A stretch of 64,000 nucleotides of DNA from Rhodospirillaceae bacterium. GTDB taxonomy: Bacteria > Pseudomonadota > Alphaproteobacteria > GCA-2731375. Below are positions 28,401 through 38,155 of this stretch, piece by piece. The DNA lies in the NCBI GenBank assembly GCA_018667855.1, contig JABIRL010000002.1:2300-66299 (forward strand). The letters are read 5' to 3'. The position numbers and the translations under genes were made by a program. The notes under the pieces are model-generated. The model saw only the letters and a program-made list of their open reading frames with translations, made no database searches and had not been told where the DNA came from. Position 1 is the stretch's first letter; every line of letters starts with the position of its first letter.

Positions 28401-31400
28401 CCGGCGGACAGCGCGGCGCCCGTGGGGACACCGGATATCACGACAGACAGGTTCGTGCCGTCAACCAGGGATGAGGCGATATTGAGCGCGATGCCGCTGT
28501 CCTCGTTGCCGCTTGCGGCGGATGCCGACAGGCCGGGCGCCGAAACGTCGACAACTTCGACAACTTCGACAACGGTTTCCTCAACCGTCTCGACAACAGT
28601 TTCTTCAACCGCCTCGACAACAGTTTCCTCGACCGTCTCGACAACGGTCTCTTCAACCGTCGCCGTCCTGGCGGCGGAGGACCTGACGGCGCTCACCGCG
28701 GGTGCGGCCAGGGTCGTCGTGGTGGCCTCGACGGCCGCGTCCGCCGCCGTATCGGGCAGGCTTTCGCTCAGGGTATCGGTCAGACCATCGGTTGCTGTGT
28801 CGGCCAGGGGATCGCCCAGAATGGCGGCCTCTGCTGTTTCGGCGGCCTGTTCGACGACCACTTCGGTCTCGACCACCTCGACGGCCTCTTCCGCCGCGGC
28901 TTCTTCCGCCGCGCCGTCGGCGGCGGTGCCGCTGTTGCCGGACTTGGCCCGCGCCGCATCGGCGCCGGTGGCGCCTGAATCGGCGGCATTTTCCGCCGCC
29001 GCCGCGGTCGCGGCCTGCGCCTCGGACTCTGCCTGGGCCTGAGCCTGTGCTTGTGTCTGGCCGGTCGCGCCGGCTTCGATTGAGGCTTCAGCCGCGGTCA
29101 CCGTGGTCAGGTTACGAACCAGGTCGACCTGATTGGTCTCCGCCGTGGCATCGACCGTGACTTCGGCCGTTTCGATCACTTCACTTTCCGCACCATCGCG
29201 GCTGACTTCCACGTTCATGGCGAAAGCTTCCGACGCGAAGGCAGAAGCCGCGGGAATGGCAATGGCCAAGCCGGCCACCTGCATCACGGTCATGGACCAG
29301 GAACGGTCACCGTTGTCCGAACCTTCGGACAGCTGCACGCCCTCGGGCACACCGGTTATGGTGGTCTCGTAGGTGGAGCCATCGGTCGCGTCGGGGATCA
29401 GCGCTTCCAGATCCAGATTGATCACAATTTCGTCCGAGGCTGACACTTCGCCCGCCTCCGGGGCGACAACCGTGTCCTGCCAGCCACTTTCCATGGCCTG
29501 CTCAACTTCGTCGATGGTCATGGTTTGATCAGCGAATTCAAAGTTCTCGACGTTCCGCACCGTGTCCGTGGAACCGCCTTCACGCAGATCCTCGACCTCA
29601 AGGCCCCGTCGGCCCATGGAGACGTTGTAGTCGGAGGCATTGCCGTCGAACACCGCCGTGTCAACGCCCTGGCCGCCGTCCAGCTTGTCCCTGCCGGTGC
29701 CGCCGTCCAGCAAATCGTCGCTGTCGCCGCCTCTCAGATCGTCGTTGCCGGCGCCGCCGATCAGCGTATCGCCGTCGTCGCCGCCTCTCAACCTGTCCTT
29801 GCCGTCGCCGCCGATCAGAATGTCGGCGCCCGTGCCACCATCAAGGCGGTCATTACCGGTGCCACCATCGAGGGTGTCATCGCCCGTGCCGCCGGACAGT
29901 TTGTCGTTGCCGGTGCCGCCGTCGAGGGCGTCATTGCCCTCGCCACCCGACAATCTATCCCGGCCTTCACCGCCGGCAACAGTGTCGTCACCGGAACCGC
30001 CGTAAACTCTGTCATTGCCGGCGCCGCCGTCGAGGGTATCATCGCCCGATCCACCGCTAACGGTATCACGGCCTTCGCCGCCGGCCACGACGTCATCGCC
30101 GGTACCGCCATAGACCCTGTCGTTGCCTGTGCCGCCATCGATCGTATCGTTGCCGGTACCGCCGTACACCCGGTCGCTGCCGGTGCCGCCGTCGAGCGTA
30201 TCGTTGCCCTCGCCGCCGCTAACGGTATCGCGGCCCGAGCCGCCGGAGACGACGTCGTCGCCCGCGCCGCCGTATACACGGTCGCTGCCGGTGCCGCCGT
30301 CGATCGTATCGTTGCCCTCGCCACCGCTAACGGTATCACGGCCCTCACCGCCACTGATAGAATCGGCGCCGGCGCTGCCCACGATGGCATCACTATCGCC
30401 GCTGCCGGCGATGACATTGGTCACAACCGTGGGTGTTTCATTTTGTGCGGCGCCATTCGTGGATGAGGCCGGAGGTGAGCTCTCTGTCGGCGCCGGATCA
30501 GCCGGCGCGGCTTCCGATGCCGGGGCCTGCTCCACAGGCGCTTCCGCTTCAGCGGACGGTTCCGTGGCGTCAGGAGTCTCTATAGGTGCGGCCTGTTCGG
30601 CGGCCGGGGTTGCCTCGGCAACCGGATCGGCCGGCGCTTCGGCAGGTGTCGCAGCTTCGGCGGCCTGGCCGTTTGATTGGCCATTGCCATTGCCTTGACC
30701 GTTTGCCTGGCCATTACCTTGGCCGCTACCTTGACCATTGGTCTCGGCCGGCGCGGCTTCCGATGCCGGAGCCTGTTCCACAGGCGCTTCCGCTTCAGCG
30801 GACGGTTCCGTGGCGTCGGGCGTCTCTACAGGTGCGGCCTGTTCGGCGGCTGGAGTTTCCTCGGCAACCGGATCGGCCGGCGCTTCGGCAGGTGTCGCAG
30901 CTTCGGCGGCCTGGCCGTTTGATTGGCCATTGCCATTGCCTTGACCGTTTGCCTGGCCATTGCCTTGGCCGTTATTCTGACCATTGGCGTTGCCTTGACC
31001 GTTGTTTTCGGCGGGGGCGGATGCTTCGGAAGTCGGTTCCGTGGCGTCTACTTCCTCCACCGGCGCTTCGGCGGCCTGGCTATTTCCATTGCCATTGGCG
31101 TTCGCGTTCGCGTTGCCGTTGCCATTTCCGTTGCTATTGGCGTTCGCGTTGGCATTGCCGTTTTCCTGGCCATTCGCATTGGCATTTTCAGAGCTATTGC
31201 CGCTGGCATTGTTGCCATTGCCTTGTCCGTTGTTTTCGGCAGGGGCGGACACTTCGGAAGTCGGTTCCGTGGCGTCTACTTCCTCCACCAGCGCTTCGGC
31301 GGCCTGGCTATTTCCATTACCATTAGCGTTCGCGTTACCGTTGCCGTTATTACCATTGGCGTTAGCATTCGCGTTGCCGTTGGCATTTCCGTTGGCATTT

Positions 31401-32479
31401 CCGTTGCCATTGGCGTTCTCGTTGGCATTCGCGTTGGCGTTGCCATTTTCCTCGCCGTTGGAATTTCCGTTGCCGTTGTTGCCGTTGTTGCCATTGGCGT
31501 TCTCATTGGCATTCGCGTTGGCGTTGCCATTTTCCTCGCCGTTGGCATTTCCGTTGCCGTTGTTGCCATTGGCGTTCGCATTGGCGTTGGCGTTGCCATT
31601 TTCCTGGCCGTTGGCATTTCCGTTGCCGTTGTTGCCATTGTTGCCATTGGCGTTCTCATTGGCATTGGCATTGGCGTTGGCGTTGCCGTTTTCCTGGCCG
31701 TTGGCATTTCCGTTGCCGTTGTTGCCATTGGCGTTGGCGTTGGCGTTCGCGTTGGCATTGCCATTTTCCTGGCCGTTGGCATTAGCATTGCCATTGCCAA
31801 CCGTACCGTCAGCCTGCGGCGGAACCGGGCCACCGTTGAAATCAGTCTCTACGGTATTCTGCGCCGCAACGGATTGATCACCAGCAGTGGAGTCAACGGC
31901 TGCTTCGGTTTCAGTGAAATCGGTGACGTCCGGCGTGTATTCCGTTTCAATGTTCTGATCGCTCTCCGCAACCGCGGGCTCCGCCATGGCATCGGATGAG
32001 CTGGCCTCTGTATCGGCTTCCGCTTCCGCGGCCTCTTGTTCACCCGCCTGCGCGGCGTTATTCGATTGACCGGCTTGGGCCGGGCGGGCCTGTGCGGCCG
32101 TCGGCTGGTTCGCCGCCGTCGCATCCACACCCTGCGCCTGCGGCGCCTGGGCAGCGGGCGTCTGGCCGGTGGCCGCCGCATCCGTTGCTTCATTGCCCTC
32201 GGGATCGGCTTCTTGATCCTCGACGTCGGCGTCGGGATCTACCTCAGCACTGTCGGCCTGCTGCTCAATGTCGGCGCGGTCGCTGACCTGGGCGCTTTCC
32301 GATGCTTCGCCCGCACTGGCGACGGTTTGCCAGAATGTTCGACTGGCTTCATCGTCGCGGACCGGACCGTTGTCAGGCGACTGCCCAGCCTCGGCGTTTT
32401 CAGTTTGGACGACTTCTTGTTCTTCGGACGCGTCGCCCTTGCGGAGGATTTGCCGGATAATGTTTGGCATTCTAGCCAT
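25481..32479 (-). CDS. Giant T1SS-secreted RTX surface protein/adhesin (2332 aa): acidic and Asn-rich low-complexity N-terminus, internal RTX block, 4 Ig-like repeats, cadherin-like domain, LamG-like domain, C-terminal RTX block
   Basis: GGxGxDxxx nonapeptides at about 29640-30415 and 25660-26270; [13 protein letters not shown] repeats; [36 protein letters not shown] cadherin motif; [34 protein letters not shown] LamG motif; no N-terminal signal peptide; T1SS adjacent. Confidence 0.9.
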   Translation of the reverse strand: MARMPNIIRQILRKGDASEEQEVVQTENAEAGQSPDNGPVRDDEASRTFWQTVASAGEASESAQVSDRADIEQQADSAEVDPDADVEDQEADPEGNEATDAAATGQTPAAQAPQAQGVDATAANQPTAAQARPAQAGQSNNAAQAGEQEAAEAEADTEASSSDAMAEPAVAESDQNIETEYTPDVTDFTETEAAVDSTAGDQSVAAQNTVETDFNGGPVPPQADGTVGNGNANANGQENGNANANANANANGNNGNGNANGQENGNANANANANENANGNNGNNGNGNANGQENGNANANANANGNNGNGNANGEENGNANANANENANGNNGNNGNGNSNGEENGNANANANENANGNGNANGNANGNANANANGNNGNGNANANGNGNSQAAEALVEEVDATEPTSEVSAPAENNGQGNGNNASGNSSENANANGQENGNANANANSNGNGNGNANANANGNGNSQAAEAPVEEVDATEPTSEASAPAENNGQGNANGQNNGQGNGQANGQGNGNGQSNGQAAEAATPAEAPADPVAEETPAAEQAAPVETPDATEPSAEAEAPVEQAPASEAAPAETNGQGSGQGNGQANGQGNGNGQSNGQAAEAATPAEAPADPVAEATPAAEQAAPIETPDATEPSAEAEAPVEQAPASEAAPADPAPTESSPPASSTNGAAQNETPTVVTNVIAGSGDSDAIVGSAGADSISGGEGRDTVSGGEGNDTIDGGTGSDRVYGGAGDDVVSGGSGRDTVSGGEGNDTLDGGTGSDRVYGGTGNDTIDGGTGNDRVYGGTGDDVVAGGEGRDTVSGGSGDDTLDGGAGNDRVYGGSGDDTVAGGEGRDRLSGGEGNDALDGGTGNDKLSGGTGDDTLDGGTGNDRLDGGTGADILIGGDGKDRLRGGDDGDTLIGGAGNDDLRGGDSDDLLDGGTGRDKLDGGQGVDTAVFDGNASDYNVSMGRRGLEVEDLREGGSTDTVRNVENFEFADQTMTIDEVEQAMESGWQDTVVAPEAGEVSASDEIVINLDLEALIPDATDGSTYETTITGVPEGVQLSEGSDNGDRSWSMTVMQVAGLAIAIPAASAFASEAFAMNVEVSRDGAESEVIETAEVTVDATAETNQVDLVRNLTTVTAAEASIEAGATGQTQAQAQAQAESEAQAATAAAAENAADSGATGADAARAKSGNSGTAADGAAEEAAAEEAVEVVETEVVVEQAAETAEAAILGDPLADTATDGLTDTLSESLPDTAADAAVEATTTTLAAPAVSAVRSSAARTATVEETVVETVEETVVEAVEETVVETVEETVVEVVEVVDVSAPGLSASAASGNEDSGIALNIASSLVDGTNLSVVISGVPTGAALSAGTDNGDGSWTLTSTQLSGLSITPASNDSSDFSLTVTATASDDRSSASSVQTLAVTVDGVADTPTLSTSAGSGNEDSAIALSISSDLADSSESLSVVISGVPTGASLSAGTDNGDGSWTLTSAQLSGLSVTPPSNDSSNFQLTVTATATDGSSTAQSVDTLDVAVAGVADSPNLSTSAASGNEDSAISLSISSSLADSSESLSVVISGVPTGGSLSAGTDNGDGSWTLTSAQLSNLTITPPSDDASNFSLTVTATATDGSDTTQSVSTVGVTVAQVADAPTLSANDVTGSEDTAISLSLSSALSDTDGSESLGVVVSGVPVGSKFSAGTNNGDGSWTFTAAQLNNLTLTPPPDQDTNFNLSVTATATDGSDTAQSSGSFKVNINPVADTPDDVTLTADGVDENASNGTVVGTAAGVDPDSGETFTYSLTDNAGGRFAISANTGEITVADGSLLDFETTQSHNITIRVTDSTGKTYDEVKPITVNDLAEFDDTHQAEVVDAGAVGYWRLDDANSTAVDQISGSDGTWTNNTDYLDTTDPFANINNTGNNFDGVNDYVAIPDSAAWNQANGTIQLWFNADTVTGTGTLVSRDPAGGNTGDFYIDRDGSNIVVAMGGPDGGTLTATNVVSAGTWYQLTVTFGADGLQIYLDGTKVADDSNNIEGIDGGSTAVSVGAYTGGSDFFDGKISEVAIYDSQLPETTIDGLYAAGATGTDRATLTSGDDTNTGTTGEDFISGGAGSDTLSGAAGSDRLYGDAGDDTLNGGDADDILSGGEGADTVNGDAGADTLSGDDGDDTLKGGAGADILLGGAGNDTGSYADSGSAINVNLNTGATSGGDAAGDTLTSIENLIGSDYADTLVGNGDVNVFTGNAGNDTFQGLGGVDTLTGGAGSDNFIVGEGDGNDIIDGGAAGGWTDSITLQNADSSSVGSGWTVSLTTGSETSDDGSTKTLSDDAAGTITLEDGTQIAFQNIETIDY
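27242..28540 (-). repeat. Four tandem Ig-like repeats (107-110 aa, 433 aa total)
   Basis: Unit [17 protein letters not shown].[37 protein letters not shown]...LTVTATA.D....VAD, read four times. Confidence 0.9.
28550..28660 (-). repeat. VEET/VVET octapeptide tandem repeat
   Basis: [37 protein letters not shown]; about 24-nt period. Confidence 0.85.
29640..30415 (-). repeat. Internal RTX Ca2+-binding nonapeptide array
   Basis: More than 20 GGxGxDxxx units, e.g. [27 protein letters not shown]. Confidence 0.9.
30501..30970 (-). repeat. Two near-identical copies of a 246-bp (82-aa) Ala/Glu/Pro-rich unit
   Basis: gccggcgcggcttccgatgcc begins at 30501 and 30747; encodes [55 protein letters not shown]. 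Confidence 0.88.
31075..31798 (-). repeat. Asn/Gly/Ala low-complexity repeats
   Basis: (Q/E)[10 protein letters not shown](A/E)NANGNNGNGNANG-type units; main block about 31310-31798, second block about 31075-31235. Confidence 0.92.
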
Positions 32480-32725
32480 GGTGTCACCTATTCCTAAAAT
32501 GTTAGACGTTTAGGGATACTGCACTGCGCTCTTCGCAACTTTTTTGTTACTGCATAATGACTCCGAAGGGTAAATAAGTTGTGTCTAAACATGCTTAAAT
32601 TGTTTGGTTAATTTTTCAGCTGATTTTTGGCGTATTCGCCCCGGGAAAATCGGCATACGCCGAAGCGAATAGATCGCGGGACGGCATCCTATATTTCACT
32701 TCCGATATATCAAACCGCAATTTCT

Positions 32726-32767
32726 GTAACCGATTCTTAACCATCCCACTGCACAGTGTTTAACCAT
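32726..32767 (+). promoter_or_regulatory. Candidate CtrA-binding sites in the adhesin/T1SS divergent promoter
   Basis: GTAA-ccgattc-TTAAC (32726-32741; one mismatch to TTAA-N7-TTAAC) and two TTAACCAT 8-mers (32737-32744, 32760-32767). Confidence 0.55.
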
Positions 32768-32888
32768 GCGACAGAATCTCTTTGTCAGCTCATGACGAGA
32801 AATTATGTGGCGGTGTTGATCGAACAAAGAGGCGGACCATTGTTCGATCGCGATTGAAGCGCAGTCAGTAGAGGAAGAGTCCCCGACG

Positions 32889-34607
32889 ATGTCGAAACCG
32901 CAGAGCGACAATGCGCCGCTGCCACGCCTGCGCCCCATGCGTGGATTGCGTATGGAGATGCTTGCCGTCTCCTCTGCCATGAATCTGTTGTCGCTGGCCT
33001 TGCCGATCGTGATCCTGCAAGTCTATGACCGGGTTATTCCGAATGCCGCGAACCAGACCCTGGTGGTCTTTGTCTTTGCCCTGGGCGCGGTGTTGATCAT
33101 CGACGCCATTTTGAGCTACGGCCGTTCCTCGGTGACCGGCTGGGTCGGCGCCCGAACCCAGCATTATCTTGCCTGCGCCGCATTGAGACGCCTGTTTAAA
33201 ACCGATCTGCGCAGTTTCGAGGCAGTGGCCCCCGGCGTCCATATGCAGCGGCTCCGTGCCGTCGACGGGATCAAGACGTTTTATGCCGGCCAAGGTTTAT
33301 TACTTATGGTCGACCTGCCGTTCGCGGCGGTCTTTCTGCTATTGATCGGGTTGATTGCCGGCAAGCTGGTGTTCGTGCCGGCCGCCATCCTGGTGTTGCT
33401 CTCCATTTTTGCGCTGTTCAGCGGGCGGGCGCTGTCCGAATCCCTTAAGAGCCGCGCCATCGGCGATGAACGGCGGCACAATTTCATGATCGAAGTGCTT
33501 TCGAATATCCATACCGTCAAGGCGTTGGGCATGGAGGCCCTTATGGTGCGGCGCCATGAACGCCTGCAAAGCAGCTCGGCCGAAGCCAGCTATCAAGTCA
33601 GCCTGGCCGGCGCCACGGCTCGTAATCTAGGCATGACGTTGTCCCAAGTCACCGCCGTCGCCGTGGGCGCGTTTGGCAGCACCTTGGTGATGGACGGCAC
33701 CTTGACCATGGGCGGCCTTGCGGCCAGCACCATGCTGGCCAGCCGCGCGGCCCAGCCTATGTTGCGATCGCTTGGCATCTGGACCCAGTTTCAGAATGCC
33801 CAGGTCGCCCGCCGGCAGTTCGACGAAATGTTCGCCCTGCCCCAGGAGGCGCGGACGGATGACTCCACCGAGGTCTCGTTCGAGGATCCGATCATCATCA
33901 AGGACCTGAACTTTGGCTACACCGAGGACAAGGAGCCAGTTTATCGCGATCTCGATCTGCGTATCGAATACGGTGAAATCATCGGCATCGCGGGCGCCAA
34001 CGGCTCCGGCAAGTCGACCTTCCTGGGTCTGATGATGGGCGCCCTGGTCCCGGCCGAAGGTCAAGGCCACGTCATGATCGGTGATACCGATATCTGGCGC
34101 ACCGATGCCGCGGCGCTGCGGCGCCACGTCTGCTATCTGCCGCAAAACGCCGTGCTGTTCCAAGGTACGATCATGGACAATCTGACCATGTTCGGCGGCC
34201 AGCATTACGTCGACCGTGCCATGTATTTTGCCGACCGGTTGGGTTTGCACGAAGCGATCGGCAAAATGCCCAAGGGCTATGACACCCCCGTGGAATATCG
34301 CAAGACGACCCGCATACCGGGCGGCGTTCGCCAACGCATCGCCTTGGTCAGGGCGCTGACCATGACGGAGGAGCCCCGCCTGATCCTGTTTGACGAGGCC
34401 TATGTCCAGCTCGACCGCAGCAGTGATGAAAAACTCCACACCCTGCTGCGTGAATATGTCGGCAAATGCACCATGGTCATTGTCAGCCATCGGCCTTCGT
34501 ACATGAATTTGGCTGATCGTGTGCTGGTCGTCCGCAATGGCGAATTGATACCCGCGAGCGGCGGCGCCAGGGAATCAATTGAAAAACTACAAAAGGAATA
34601 TGCCTGA
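32889..34607 (+). CDS. Type I secretion ABC transporter (TMD-NBD, no N-terminal peptidase domain)
   Basis: NLLSLALPIVILQVYDRVIP, DLPF, GANGSGKST, signature IPGGVRQRIAL, LILFDEA, VSHR. Confidence 0.88.
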   Translation: MSKPQSDNAPLPRLRPMRGLRMEMLAVSSAMNLLSLALPIVILQVYDRVIPNAANQTLVVFVFALGAVLIIDAILSYGRSSVTGWVGARTQHYLACAALRRLFKTDLRSFEAVAPGVHMQRLRAVDGIKTFYAGQGLLLMVDLPFAAVFLLLIGLIAGKLVFVPAAILVLLSIFALFSGRALSESLKSRAIGDERRHNFMIEVLSNIHTVKALGMEALMVRRHERLQSSSAEASYQVSLAGATARNLGMTLSQVTAVAVGAFGSTLVMDGTLTMGGLAASTMLASRAAQPMLRSLGIWTQFQNAQVARRQFDEMFALPQEARTDDSTEVSFEDPIIIKDLNFGYTEDKEPVYRDLDLRIEYGEIIGIAGANGSGKSTFLGLMMGALVPAEGQGHVMIGDTDIWRTDAAALRRHVCYLPQNAVLFQGTIMDNLTMFGGQHYVDRAMYFADRLGLHEAIGKMPKGYDTPVEYRKTTRIPGGVRQRIALVRALTMTEEPRLILFDEAYVQLDRSSDEKLHTLLREYVGKCTMVIVSHRPSYMNLADRVLVVRNGELIPASGGARESIEKLQKEYA

Positions 34608-36778
34608 TGTCGGCGGCGGGTCAAAATACCCTGGATCGCCGGCCGCAGTGGCTGGACGGCATGAATGTGCTGGAGGCATTTCGCCGCGGCGGCGCCGGCG
34701 CCTTGTCCGATCTCGGCGCTTGTCTGTTGCGCCTGCTCGAGGCTTTGGAATGGAACGGCAAGGAGCGGCATTTGGCCGAGGCCGTGCCGCATTTCGTGCC
34801 CAACCTCGACCTCAAGGGGTTTCGTGAAACCCTGTCAAACCTGAACCTGAGCACGCGGCCCCTGCGTGTCCGACATGACCGCATCAATGCGAACCTGATG
34901 CCCTGCCTGTTTCTGCCCGACAATCCCGCCGCCCCGATACGCATCGTTGTCAGCGCCGACGAGGATGGATACCGGATTTACGACGGCGCCTATCGCATGT
35001 TCCGGCAATCGTCGGGTAAAGGGCTGCGCGGCACCGCCTACGTGGTCAAGGATATTGATCGGGCAGAGCGGGAAAAACAGCAAAAGAACAGATCCTGGGC
35101 CTCGCCATTGGCTGGCCGTTTTCGCACCCTGATCAGCCAGGTGATCCTGTTGACCTTGCTGTTCAACATCCTCAGCCTGGCCATGCCGCTATTCATGATG
35201 TCGATTTATGACAAGGTCATACCGTCGGCTTCGGTCAATCAATTGTTATTCCTGGTGTCCGGCGTGGCGCTGGCGATCTCTCTTGAAACCGGATTACGCC
35301 GGCTGCGGATCGGGGCCATGGCCTATCTGGCCGGACGCATCGACTATTTGGTGGGGCGTTCGGCATTCGAGCGGATCCTGTTTTTGCCCCTTTCCATGTT
35401 GGAGCATGAGCCCCTTGGCGCCCAATTGGCGCATTTGCAGGAATTTGAATCGCTGCGGGAATTTTTCGCCGGTCCCTTGGGCGAAGCATTGTTGGATCTG
35501 CCGTTCGTCGTGATCTACCTAGTTGTGATTGCGGCCCTTGGCGGGTGGTTGGTTTTGGTGCCCATATGCGCCGGGTTGGCTTACGTTCTCGCGGGCTTGG
35601 CCATTACCGCCATTACCAAGCATTTCGCAGCCGCCGGCAACGAACACAAAGCAGAACAGCAAAAGTTTCTGGTCCAGGCGATATCCGGCATGCGGGCCAT
35701 CAAATTCGCCGGTTCGGAGAAAGTCTGGCTCGAACGCTATCGTGAACTGTCGGCCGCAAGTGCCTTGCGGGAATTCGTCCTGACCCGGCACAGCAACGCC
35801 GTACAAACGGTTTCGCGGGTCATAACCCTTGCTTCCGGCATCGCCTTGATGGGGTTCGGCGCCCTGGGGGTTATGGATGACGGCCTATCCATCGGCGCGC
35901 TAATCGCTTCCATGGCCCTGGTCTGGCGGGCATTGGCGCCACTACAATCGGGTTTCATGACCCTGAACCGGCTGGCGCAGATAAAATCCAGCCTGCGGCA
36001 GATCAATCACCTGATGCGCCTGCCGACAGAGCGCATTCCCGGTCAAGTGCCGTTCAAGCGAGCCTTCAAGGGACGGATTGTTTTCAACAGTGTCGCCCAT
36101 CGCTTTTCAGCCGACGCCGAATTGGCCTTATTAGGTGTCACCTTTTCCATAGAACCGGGCGAGGTGGTGGCGATCACCGGGCCCAATGGCTCGGGCAAGT
36201 CGACCCTGATCAACATTACTGCCGGTCTGTACCGCCCCACCATGGGGGCAATATTGATCGACGGCATCGATGTGCGCCAGGTCGATCCGATTGATTTACG
36301 GCAAAGCGTCGCACTGGCCCCACAGGCGACGGAGCTGACATACGGGACGGTGGCCCAAAATCTGAGGTTGGCGGAGCCCACGGCCAGCGACGAGGACCTG
36401 ATTGAAGCGGCCAAGCTGGCACGGGTCTACGATGGCATCATGCAATTGCCGGAGCAGTTCGAGACACGCTTGAATGAACATGTCCTGACCGAATTGACAG
36501 AGGGCTTCAAACAGAAATTGTCCCTCGCCCGCGCCTATCTGAAAAAATCCCCGATCATGCTGTTCGATGAACCGGGGCAGGCTTTGGACGCGGAAGGTGA
36601 CCAGGCTTTTCTGGCAGCGGTGCAGAAATTGCGCGGCAGCAGCACCATTATCATTGTCACCCATCGGCCGAGCCATATGGAAATCGCCGACCGGCTGTTG
36701 GTCCTGGATGCCGGCCGGTTGCAGTACAACGGCCCGCCCCAGGAAGCCATGGACCGATTGTCCGGAGGCGGACAATGA
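34607..36778 (+). CDS. Type I secretion ABC transporter with N-terminal C39-like domain
   Basis: SDLGACLLRLL N-terminal domain, NILSLAMPLFMMSIYDKV, GPNGSGKST, signature LTEGFKQKLSLARA, MLFDEP, VTHR. Confidence 0.88.
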   Translation: MSAAGQNTLDRRPQWLDGMNVLEAFRRGGAGALSDLGACLLRLLEALEWNGKERHLAEAVPHFVPNLDLKGFRETLSNLNLSTRPLRVRHDRINANLMPCLFLPDNPAAPIRIVVSADEDGYRIYDGAYRMFRQSSGKGLRGTAYVVKDIDRAEREKQQKNRSWASPLAGRFRTLISQVILLTLLFNILSLAMPLFMMSIYDKVIPSASVNQLLFLVSGVALAISLETGLRRLRIGAMAYLAGRIDYLVGRSAFERILFLPLSMLEHEPLGAQLAHLQEFESLREFFAGPLGEALLDLPFVVIYLVVIAALGGWLVLVPICAGLAYVLAGLAITAITKHFAAAGNEHKAEQQKFLVQAISGMRAIKFAGSEKVWLERYRELSAASALREFVLTRHSNAVQTVSRVITLASGIALMGFGALGVMDDGLSIGALIASMALVWRALAPLQSGFMTLNRLAQIKSSLRQINHLMRLPTERIPGQVPFKRAFKGRIVFNSVAHRFSADAELALLGVTFSIEPGEVVAITGPNGSGKSTLINITAGLYRPTMGAILIDGIDVRQVDPIDLRQSVALAPQATELTYGTVAQNLRLAEPTASDEDLIEAAKLARVYDGIMQLPEQFETRLNEHVLTELTEGFKQKLSLARAYLKKSPIMLFDEPGQALDAEGDQAFLAAVQKLRGSSTIIIVTHRPSHMEIADRLLVLDAGRLQYNGPPQEAMDRLSGGGQ

Positions 36779-38139
36779 AACGACAGGATGATATCACCCA
36801 CGCTGCCGGCATGGGCCGGTCCCGTGCAGTACGGGGCGAACAGCTGCGCTTTCTCTCAAAGCCGGAGCTGTTGGAGGAAGTTGGACCACCCCGGTTTCTC
36901 AGATTGGTTTTGTTCTTCCTTGCCCTCACGGTGTTTGGCTCCGGCGCCTGGGCTTCAATAGCGAAAATCAAGGAAACCACCAAGGCCATGGGTGAAGTGG
37001 TTCCCATCGGATCCGTACATGCGATCCAGCATCTGGAGGGCGGCATTATTGCCAGTATCATGGTGTCCGAGGGTGAGTTGGTCGAACAAGGACAGATTCT
37101 GGTCAAGCTCGATCCGACACCGGTTCTAGCCGACCTTGAAGTGATCCGCATTCGACGCGCCGGGTTGCAGCTAAAGGCCGAGAGACTACGCGCCTTCGCC
37201 ACGGGAGAACCGGCTAGATTTCCCAAAGTGGCGGCCCGTTTCACCCATATGGTCTCCGACCAAAAGGCCATACTGGCGCAGAACAGACGGGCGCAGAACA
37301 AGCAGCAGCGCGTCCTGGAGCTTAAGCAGGCGCAACGCAAGGTCGAATTGTCCGTCTTGCGGAAAGAGGCGACGAAACTGCGACGGGAAGTGGCAATCCT
37401 GGTCAAACAGAAAACCATGCAAGAAAGATTGCTGGCCGAAAAACTCGTCTCCAATCTGGTCTACTTCAACACTTTGCGGGAATTCAACACCATCGCCGGT
37501 GAACTGGATGAAGTCGTCGAAAAGGCTCAACGGGCCCGTCGGGCCATCGCCGAGGCGGGCGCGAAAATCGGCGAGATGAATGCCGGCATGCGCGACAAGG
37601 CGCTGGATGAAATGGGCGGCGTACGGGCAGAGTTGACAGAGGTGGAGCAGTCCATCGTGCAGGCCGAGGACAGGGCCCGGCGGTTGGAGATCATGGCACC
37701 CTTGCGCGGCATTGTGCAAGAACTGGCGGTCACCACCGTCGGCAGCGTCATCGCGCCGGGAGCGCCGTTGGCCAAGGTGGTACCGGTGGAGGACGAACTG
37801 ATCGTCGAAGCGCAAATTTCGCCGATCGATGTTGGCCACGTGCAGGTTGGAAAGAAGGCAAAAGTGAAGATCACGACCTTCGATTTTGCCCGTTTCGGCG
37901 CTATCGACGGCGAGGTGGAAAAGATTTCCCCGACCACATTCAAGGATCAGGACGGTACCGTCTATTACAAAGCGGATGTTCGACTGTCGAAAAACTATGT
38001 CGGCGACAAGCCCGGGCGCAATTTGATCCTGCCGGGCATGGTGGCCGAAGTCGATATTCTGGCGGGCGAACGCACCGTGCTGCGTTATCTGCTGCGGCCG
38101 GTCTATCAGTCGCTTGATAGCGCCATGACGGAACGCTGA
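36775..38139 (+). CDS. HlyD-family T1SS membrane fusion protein
   Basis: IQHLEGGII..I.V.EG..V..GQ.L..LD, I.APLRGIVQ, P.DVGHV.VG..A.VKITTFDFARFGAI.G.V..ISP, PGMVAEVDI..GER..L.YLL.P. Confidence 0.93.
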   Translation: MKRQDDITHAAGMGRSRAVRGEQLRFLSKPELLEEVGPPRFLRLVLFFLALTVFGSGAWASIAKIKETTKAMGEVVPIGSVHAIQHLEGGIIASIMVSEGELVEQGQILVKLDPTPVLADLEVIRIRRAGLQLKAERLRAFATGEPARFPKVAARFTHMVSDQKAILAQNRRAQNKQQRVLELKQAQRKVELSVLRKEATKLRREVAILVKQKTMQERLLAEKLVSNLVYFNTLREFNTIAGELDEVVEKAQRARRAIAEAGAKIGEMNAGMRDKALDEMGGVRAELTEVEQSIVQAEDRARRLEIMAPLRGIVQELAVTTVGSVIAPGAPLAKVVPVEDELIVEAQISPIDVGHVQVGKKAKVKITTFDFARFGAIDGEVEKISPTTFKDQDGTVYYKADVRLSKNYVGDKPGRNLILPGMVAEVDILAGERTVLRYLLRPVYQSLDSAMTER

Positions 38140-38155
38140 GGTAGGCCGGCAGAGT

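Noticed and set aside
30501-31798. Tandem DNA repeats that might be a CRISPR array
   Set aside because: The repeats are in frame and coding, have no unique spacers of constant length, and no cas genes are present
30923-31999. Long + strand ORFs (30923-31999, 31002-31877) of Ala/Ile/Val or Leu/Pro/Ala repeats
   Set aside because: Antisense shadows of the Asn/Gly/Ala repeat; repetitive codons lack stops; no RBS or domain evidence
32100-32200. LapG-type cleavage site (TAAG) in the RTX protein N-terminus
   Set aside because: The closest sequences (DAAATG, ATAAN) do not match, and no lapG/lapD is in the window
32595-32611. TTAA-N9-TTAA as an additional CtrA site
   Set aside because: The spacer is 9 nt rather than 7, and the AT-rich context makes a chance match likely
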